Of a DNA stretch of 64,000 nucleotides, positions 55,856 through 64,000 are shown one piece after another. Below the pieces are notes generated by a model. It had not been told where the DNA came from, did not search any database, and saw only the letters and a list, made by a program, of their open reading frames with translations. The stretch's first letter is position 1. Each line of letters opens with the position of its first letter. Both the position numbers and the translations under genes were made by a program. Source of the DNA: Leucoraja ocellata (Eukaryota); the NCBI GenBank assembly GCA_036785375.1, contig JAWMAR010000027.1, positions 6,572,001-6,636,000 on the forward strand. Direction: 5' to 3'.

Positions 55856-57218
55856 TTGAATAATTTTCATCTCCAGATCTTTTTGCCTAAAGACATTTTA
55901 AACAGATGCTGCATAACTCCACTGGTGTCGACTTGTGCTGTTTTGGTGCCGACGTAATGGGAAAAGACACGACTGAAGAACAGGATATTTGTGCACTCTC
56001 TCTCACTCCTGCCAGTGTGTAATGCCTGTACCTTTATCAACCACACATCAAATATAACAAAGGCATCCAAGGTGCACTGTATGGCATTTCAACTCTTCTC
56101 AACTTTAACCTACAGTTCGCCAAGGACAATTGACCCATTTGGAACAGTTTGCACATTGTAGCTTTTCATTAGATGTTGGATGAAAAATTTTAATTTGCCA
56201 TTGCTAACCTTTCCCTTGATTGAGATCAACCAGCCCAAAGGACCAACATGAACATTTAAAAATCTACTCATGGTTCACAGAACAGCTCAAAAGAAGTTTT
56301 CCAGCAGCGATAGACATATTTTACAGGTTCTTTTGTTCTTAAAAAGCCAATCTAGTTTTATAACAAATGATTCTATGGAACATACCATTGGTGACATATT
56401 TTGGACAATGGACTGTTATAAATTGGTATGACTAATTACTTAGCATTGAATGTTACTAGGATGCATTTTAAAAACAAAGCAGCTTACTCAAGTCATTAAG
56501 ATTCAAACCAGGAAGCACTTCTGAATTTTATTATTGAAAATCAATAATGGTTAAAAGAAAGATCACAGTAGAGAACATTTTGACTCCATTAATTTCAAGA
56601 TTTTTATTGTTACTAGAATGTAGATGAAATAAAAGACAAGATTTTACCACAAACTACTTTGAAAGCATAAGTGTTATTTGAGATAAATGGATGTCAGAGT
56701 ACCTGTCTGACCCTCTCCCAACATCATTAACAGGCAAACACACACACACACACGTATTATTTATCTCAGATTAAATTCAAGAAGTTGGCTTTTTAATCTT
56801 CAGTTTACCATCATTAAGACGCATCGACACAAATTAGATAGACAATAAAAAATCTCTGCAAGCGACCTATGATTTTAAAATTGTATTCATACCATGGAAA
56901 TTGAAACATGCGGTGCTATTTTTCAAGGCACTATATGTAAAATAATGTGGAACATGAGTACTGTGATTTCTTGGTCACTATTCAACTTTAGCAGCGACAA
57001 GCACTGAATAATTTCCATCTCCAGATCTTATTGCCTCAAGACATTTAAAACAGACGCTGCATTATTCCATTGCAAGAGAGCCTTTCCCTCTTTGGTGCTG
57101 ACATAGTGGGAGATGGCAGGACTGAAGGACAGCATATTTTGATGCTTCCTCTCTCAAACCAGCATGTAATGCCTGAAGCACAAATCAAATATTAGAAATA
57201 TTAGAAAGGTTCCCACGG
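55856..57218. repeat. Diverged direct duplication of about 200 bp (55856-56073 and about 57004-57218)
   Basis: tgaataatttYcatctccagatcttWttgcct.aagacattt.aaacaga.gctgcat...gactgaag.acag.atattt...tgtaatgcctg in both copies. Confidence 0.85.
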
Positions 57219-58670
57219 TAAGGGAGATCAATTTTTCTCACCTTCAAACTTGTAGCTCAGTAAAAAAAAAAAAAATTTGAAGGAGACAGAGACATTCCAA
57301 GATACAAAAAGGCATCAAGAAGTACAGGAAGAGAGCAGATAATGAGAAAGAGAGTTATTGTCCTGAATGGCAAACCAGACATGAAGGGCCAAATAACTTA
57401 CTCCTGCCACTGTTTTTCTATATTTACAAAGCATTATTCTCAAAATTGAACAGAGCACTTTTAGTCAAAAGATACACCTGCACTGATAATTAGTTTTAAA
57501 CATTGGATGCACTCCTGAAGATGCTGTTTCAACTCCAAGGCTCCTTTCCAGCATCAATGAGATCATCAGTCCTTGTGAACCTATTGCCTTGGCTGTGCAA
57601 CAAAGCAATTTTAAATGGGTTCCATGACCAGAGACAAACCTAACAGAACTCAAGCATAACTCGAGTAGGTCACCTTTGGTTTATTTACTTAGCTGTTGTC
57701 CCACAATTCTCAATAGTATCTTCCAGCTGATCTATGTGATCTATGCCTTCCCTTCCTCTCAAGATAATTATCCTTCAATATCTGTTCTCATGCAACAGCC
57801 AATACCCCACCTTGTCTGATGACATGACTCCTCTCCAGGGTTTCAATCGAATCCAGCCCACGATATTCTAACGTATTCCCACAAATCCCAATCAAATAGC
57901 TCAACTGCGTGACCTCTACTCCTCTTTTTTTGGTGATCACCCATACTAGGACCCACAATTTATTCCTTGGAGCACAGGAAGATGAGGTGTGATCTTGAGG
58001 ATGTTTTAAAGATTTAAACTTTACAAAAATGGATTCAGCTGAAACTAATACATGCTGTTACCTTGTCCTATTAATTGCAAAACCAGCAGGTAGCTCTAAG
58101 CCTTGCTCTTTTTACACTAACAAGATGTTTATGTGCCTTTTTCCCCATAACGAGAGAGATAACGAGCACAACATTGAGTGTCTCCTCTATAATATAAACA
58201 TTTAGAGGATGTTCAGACTCTCGGCTCTTACCCTATAAGATTATAATGTGCATCATTAGTTAAAAAAAATGCTTGTTCTGCAGAAAAATAACTTTCTCAT
58301 ATTACCATCTCTGGCTAACCCTTCCTCTCTCGAAAGAACCTGTCAATCTTAAGAAGCAAGAGGCTGTACTATGCTCTGTAGATAAGGTATTGCTGAATCG
58401 CTGATTATTGTAGTATAAATACATGTACTTAATCACTGCCCCTTTGTGTGGGGATTAGAACTCTGTAATCCACATACTGTAAGAGTTTTACCACGTTGGT
58501 CCGCGTGGGCAAGTTGGGGGACATTTTATATCCCCCATCATGTACAATGCCACATCCGTAGCACCAACACTTTGAGCATTGGGTACTCCTCGAGTGTCCA
58601 CCAGCAAAATAATGACATACAAGGCACAGATCTGCCACATCAATGGCACCTTGCCACACATTTCATTTAT

Positions 58671-59196
58671 GGACACAAAATGCTGGAGTAACTCAGCGGG
58701 ATAGGCAACATCCCTGGAGAGAAGGAATGGGTGATGTTTTGGGTCGAGACCTAGTTTAGTTTAGTTTAATTTAATTTAGAGATACACTGTGGAAACAGGC
58801 CCTTTCGGCCCACCGGTTCCGCACCGACCAGTGATCCCCGCAAATTAACACTATCCTATACCCACTAGGGACAATTTTTACAATTACCAAGCCAATTAAC
58901 CTACATGCCTGTACGTCTTTGTAGTGTGGGAGGAAACCGAAGATCTCGGAGAAAACCCACACAGGTACAAATTCCGTACAGACAGCACCCGTAGTCAGGA
59001 TCGAACCCAGGTCTCCAGCGCTGCATTCGTTGTAAGGCAGCAACTCTAGTGCTGCACCACCGTCTTAGTCTGAAGAAAAGTCTCATCCCGAAACATCACC
59101 TAGTCCTTCTCTCCAGAGATGCTGCTTGTCCTGCTGAGTAACTCCAGCATGTTGTGCCTTTCTTTGGTTTAATACAGCATCTGCAGTTCCTTTATA
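58671..59196. mobile_element. Penelope terminal-repeat fold-back with a SINE at its centre
   Basis: Arms at 58671-58751 and 59085-59196; flanked by CACACATYTCATTTAT. Confidence 0.75.
58752..59083 (-). mobile_element. HE1-like V-SINE
   Basis: Reverse complement of the 43.6 kb family; (TTTAG)n tail on the left. Confidence 0.85.
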
Positions 59197-59956
59197 CACA
59201 CATCTCATTTATATGGCCATCATAGTTATGTGGGTGGATAGGGAGAATTTTTCTGTATAAATGTCCTTATCCCTTTCCTCTCCACTCACAGTTCCTAACA
59301 CACATTGAAGGCTGCACAGAGGTTTGTACATTAGTTCACCTCTGTAAAAAATCACCCAGTGTGTCGGAAGCGGATGAGAAAGTGGGATAACATAGAACCA
59401 GTGAACATAGAACATAGAATGGGTGATAGATGGTCAGCATGGACTCAGTGGGCCAAGGGGCCTGTTTCAATCTTGTGCATCTCAAACAAAAAAAGCGGTT
59501 ACATAAGTAGATAAAAAATGCCAACATGATAGAGAATGGCTTCTGAACAACAGGCCTCTTGAGGGAGAAGTAGAACCTCCTAGTTTACACTAGATTTCCA
59601 GGCCTAGGTCTCTCAGAACAAACACATAGTGCTTTTCTTTTAAAGATTATGAAAATGAATATCAGGCTTACCCAGTGAGGAATATTATGATGTAGATCAC
59701 AGTAGAAGTTCAACCAAGAGTGATTCACCCTTGAATTACTAATGTACTTTTCACACCCACACGCAGGATGATAACATTCACAAACAAATCCTCTTTTTGT
59801 AACATTACTGGAGGACTTAGACCAAGTTGTCCAGAAAGTAGCTATCACCGGTTGCACTGGACAATTTCATTTTAAAACTGGAGAAACAATGAAATGCAGA
59901 ATCTGATTAATTACCTAAAATTGGATAATTCAATATACGTACCCTATGGTTTTAAA

Positions 59957-60300
59957 TTACCTAAGTGGATATGAGGTGCTGTTCCTCCCGTTTGCTTGTG
60001 GCCTCACGCTGGCAATGGAGGAGGCCCAGGTCAGAAATGTCACTATAGGAATGGGAATGGGAAAGGGAGTTAAAATGGTTAGCAACCAGGAACCCCAGAC
60101 AGACACTTGCATTCAGTCCACCAAGGTCTGCTGAATCTCCAGGTTGTTAACTATTTTAACTCCCCTTTCCATTCCCTTACCGACTTATCTGGGCCTGGAC
60201 CTCCTCCATTGCCAGAGTGAGGCAAACTGGAGGAACAGCACCCCATATTCCACTTGAGTAGCATGATGATATGAACATTGAATTCTCCAGTTTAGGTAAA
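59957..60300. mobile_element. Two inverted Penelope GIY-YIG fragments
   Basis: atatgaggtgctgttcctcc...gggagttaaaatggttagcaacc followed by its diverged reverse complement. Confidence 0.7.
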
Positions 60301-61507
60301 CCACAGTTCACAGTTTAGGTAAACTACCCCCCCCCCCCCTCCAAGTAATTCCAATTGCACACCCATTCCAATGTTCAAGACCCAGCCCTCTAGCCCTTAT
60401 TAGTCCAAATCCCCTGACATCTCTATTTTATTAAGTTTCAGAATGCCCTTTTCCTCAGCCTCCTGAAGGCCTCAAATCTCCGATGCCCGTCCCAATCCCG
60501 GTTTGCAGCCACTTTTTCAATCTCCATGCAGCAATCTGACCCTCTCAGCTCCAGAATTAACCATTATCGTCAAACATCCGCTACCACCCTCCCCAGCCGT
60601 CTCCTGCTGCCTGCCATGGTCATCAATGTGACTCCAGGACCCAGTCCTTGGTCAAAGCAGCAGCCTTTTTGTTTCATCAAATCCCAGATCCCAGATTTGG
60701 TCTCTAAGACTGAAAATATGCAATGTCTTCAATGGTTCTTTATTATGAGGTGTAATTAAATTTTTTTTTGCTTACAGATCAGCAAGATTATAGCCAGACA
60801 CAAGTACAATCCCCGGTTAAGTACACAATGCATAGAAACAACCACCGGGTCCATATGCAACAATCGTCAGGTTTTAGCAGCATTTACAAAGTCCCAGTTG
60901 CAGTGGTCCCAAAGGCTTGTTGCAGCTGTTGCCTCCATCCAACCCATCCCGCGAACCGCTGTCCTTCCACCCGCCCAGCCACCTTCTGAAATTTGCCAAC
61001 CCAAAATGAAATGGCTATTCGCCCATTCCTGCAGTAACCATCCGTTTGGTTGCACTGTGTTGCAGGCCTTATATTAGAAAAAAAAACATCTGAAAATGCC
61101 AGTTGCACTGATAAATCATCAACCTATTCAAATTTCATTTCCATTTGTGATTGCTTGCAAGACTTATGACAAACTCATTTAAAGATTGATCATGAACAGA
61201 ATTATATTAAATGCATCTTTGGAGCTGTGCTTTATTTACTTCTCAATGGCAAGTAAATGGCAAAATATTTGAACACAAGCAGTATTGAGCATGTTCACAC
61301 AAACTATATATTCAATGTCTAATAAATAGCTTTTTAGCTTTATGGCTTTAACTGCTAAATGATCTGTGGTTTTGTTCGCATCAACGTCGTTCGCAAAAAT
61401 ACGTAGACTGGAAAGTGGGAAGCTTGCGGAATTTATAGCTGGTGGTAAATGTCAAAACTGTACACTGTGCCAGCAAATGTGAACAAATGAACAAAGTTTA
61501 GAGATGA

Positions 61508-61556
61508 CTGAGGAACAATTGTGACAATTTCATTGATTGTCACAATTGTTCCTCAG
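61508..61556. repeat. Perfect 21-bp inverted repeat with a 7-nt loop
   Basis: CTGAGGAACAATTGTGACAAT / ATTGTCACAATTGTTCCTCAG. Confidence 0.95.
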
Positions 61557-63199
61557 GAACAATTGAGGAAAACTACGTACATGGCAATGTCACTGCTTGA
61601 ATGTTGCAGTTCACAATTGCTAAATAATTGACATAATTGTGTATACTATTGTAGTTTTGCATGTCTATTGATTAATGAAATGTGCAACAAACCTTTTACT
61701 ATGAAAAACTATATAGCATCAATATATAATTAAAAAAAAAAAAATTTACAGTCCTGCCACTGTAATATTCCATTTTTTTGCCATATATTGCACACATTTC
61801 TTACTTGTTTTCAATTCTGTTTTCTATCTTGGGATGTGGATGACATTTAATCACAATCCCAGCTCTATTTTTGTTCAGAATATAGTGTGCATTCACATCT
61901 CACACTACTTTCATTTTAAAACCACTTTTTTTCCAAAGCAGAATATTGCAAATTATCTGCGAAATATCAAGTATGCCTTGGGCAGGGAATTGTAACACCA
62001 CTATATACACACCGGAGGCCTTTCTACATTGTATAATTCATATAGAAAAAGACCATGCTTATTGCTATTTTTAGTCTGACATCAAATAAAATGAAAAAAA
62101 AGCCTTCCAATTCCCAAGATATGCATACACTTAACTTGCATTCTTCTGCAGATGCTCCATTGCTAAGGGATAGACAAGAAATAACCAGTGCATATTAACT
62201 CACATCTGCTAGCGTCAACGCATATTTGGTTTTTTTTTCACAAATACCTTGCTGGTCCTGACATATTTGCTGACAGATGAATATTAATTTAAAAGGATAA
62301 CTGGTTCATTTGCATCAGGCTTGGGGATCTTGCTGAGATGCTTGCACAAGGAGACTGCGTTATTAACAATCTGCTGTAGGCATGATTTCACCAATTTTCC
62401 TCCTTGGTGATATCTGGAATACTTCCCTCTCTACAAACAGTAGTATTATAAAATAACACTATTGGTGTGCCTTGTCGGGGCCCCTTGATGTTTGTGGTTT
62501 ACATCAACAATTTGGGCCAGAATGTAGAAGCCGTGATTAGTACGTTTCAGATGACAATAAAGTGGGAAGTATTGTACATAGCAAAGATTGTTCTCCAAAA
62601 GGATACAGCACTTCAAAAACACCACCATTTGTAACATATTATTGCTACCAAATGATCTAATCTCATATCTTTTGTCAAGCAAGATATTAAAGTTTGCCCT
62701 CATCTTATTATTGAATGAGATGATCACCTATAGTCCTTTACATTCTCAGAAGTCATAAAAAAACACATTCTACTATTGTAAAGACCAGGGGAGTTTAATT
62801 TGCTAAAACAGATCAGATGGTAGCTAGCATTTAGAAGGAGCTTTCAAATTGACTGCCATGTTTCTTACACTTTTTGCATGGTTCACGAGTTCAATAAGCT
62901 CCCCAGCACTTTGGGTCATTCTGAAGGGAATGTGAAAGGCACTATATAAATGCAAGTCTGTAGATTTCATTGATCAAAAGTATCATTATAATGAAATCAT
63001 AGTCGAGTTAAGATTCTTTTAATTAATATTTAAACTGCTTGGTATGATTAATTTTGTCACAAGATAGCTACGATAGTAAGCATTATCAAATTAAAATTTG
63101 GGTTTAAATGATTTATAATGATCAGATAATCTGCCAGCAGAGGGAATTATTCATGATTAGAATTCTTCCGACTTGGAAGCAGTGCATAGAAAAACACAT

Positions 63200-63690
63200 C
63201 CAAACTCCGTACAGACAGCACCCGCAGTCGGGATCGAACCCGGGTCTCTGGCGCTGCAAGCACTGCAAGGCAGCAACTCCACCGCTGCGCCACTGTGCCG
63301 CCCACACCATTTAATCAAAAAAACCTAACATGCATGGTCCATACAAAGATGTCATTTTTTCATCCCGTATCAGTAATAGGCGTGGCATCATGATGCGGCT
63401 GAGAGCTGCTGCCTCACAACTCCACAGGCCAGGTTTCAATCTTGACCTCTGGTGCTGTTGGTGTGGAGCGTGCACATTCTTCCTCGGACCATGTGGGTTC
63501 CCTCCAGGTGCTCTATCTGCCTTGCATATGCCAAAGATGTGTTGTTCTGTAGGTCAATTGCCCACGGCAAATTACCCATGTGTGTAGGTGAGCGGCAGAA
63601 TCTGATGGGATTGATAGCAATGAGGGGAGAATCAAATAGGATTTGTATAAGGTCAGTGGAATGGGTGTTTTTTCTTCTTCGTGCGTATGG
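63200..63690. mobile_element. SINE head (-, 63200-63302) and old V-SINE (+, about 63380-63690)
   Basis: Reverse tRNA-like head ccaccgctgcgccactgtgccgccc with B box; diverged plus-strand copy. Confidence 0.7.
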
Positions 63691-64000
63691 CATGCACAGC
63701 CTAAAGCTGTCGGACAACTTGTTCCATTTGATCTTATTTGATTGTGGACACCAGGTTGTTTGCATTAGTCGAAACAGGGCGGACCACGTAAAGGTTGCAA
63801 TCTCCCACCCCAAGAATGGGTGCTCATTATTTAGCATGGACTGTGTAGGTTAAAGAGGCCATGCCCATGCTGTATGGTGAAAGCAGCCTTTACATGCATT
63901 CCATTTGCTTTGTTTCTGCTCACTAACATAAACTATTGTGACATCACTCACTCCCTCAGATGCCACTCTGATCCCTATCACTAGCAGACAGAACAGGAGA

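Noticed and set aside
60400-61050. Moderately GC-rich segment with a plus-strand acceptor at about 60777
   Set aside because: No convincing donor or recognisable protein; likely an old TE remnant.

Overview
Vertebrate genomic DNA, AT-rich and mostly intronic. The repeat content (HE1-like V-SINEs, CR1/HER1-like LINE fragments, Penelope-like elements) points to an elasmobranch, probably a skate or ray; this is an inference. The window holds the 5' part of a minus-strand L1-family cell adhesion gene, most like CHL1 although L1CAM is not excluded. Exons: signal-peptide exon 26716-26907, candidate 18-nt microexon 23466-23483, Ig1 exons 13935-14040 and 11117-11310, first Ig2 exon 3337-3459. All have canonical AG/GT ends and compatible phases. 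Spliced product: MLLTRTLLLCFLCWSKWSSSMEIPED[AFIHEL](I/V)[140 protein letters not shown]; the gene continues past position 1. Positions 27-64 kb are probably 5'UTR intron. Most notable: the microexon; about 20 Penelope terminal-repeat copies carrying a minimal hammerhead-ribozyme-like motif, several as fold-back units with 12-16 bp target duplications; a CpG-rich ~0.9 kb retroposon with (GCT)19; a 133-bp orphan CpG-rich insertion; and an old ~200-bp local duplication. Most ORFs in the supplied track are spurious or TE-derived. Repeat boundaries are approximate and family names come from recalled consensus sequences, not from a search.
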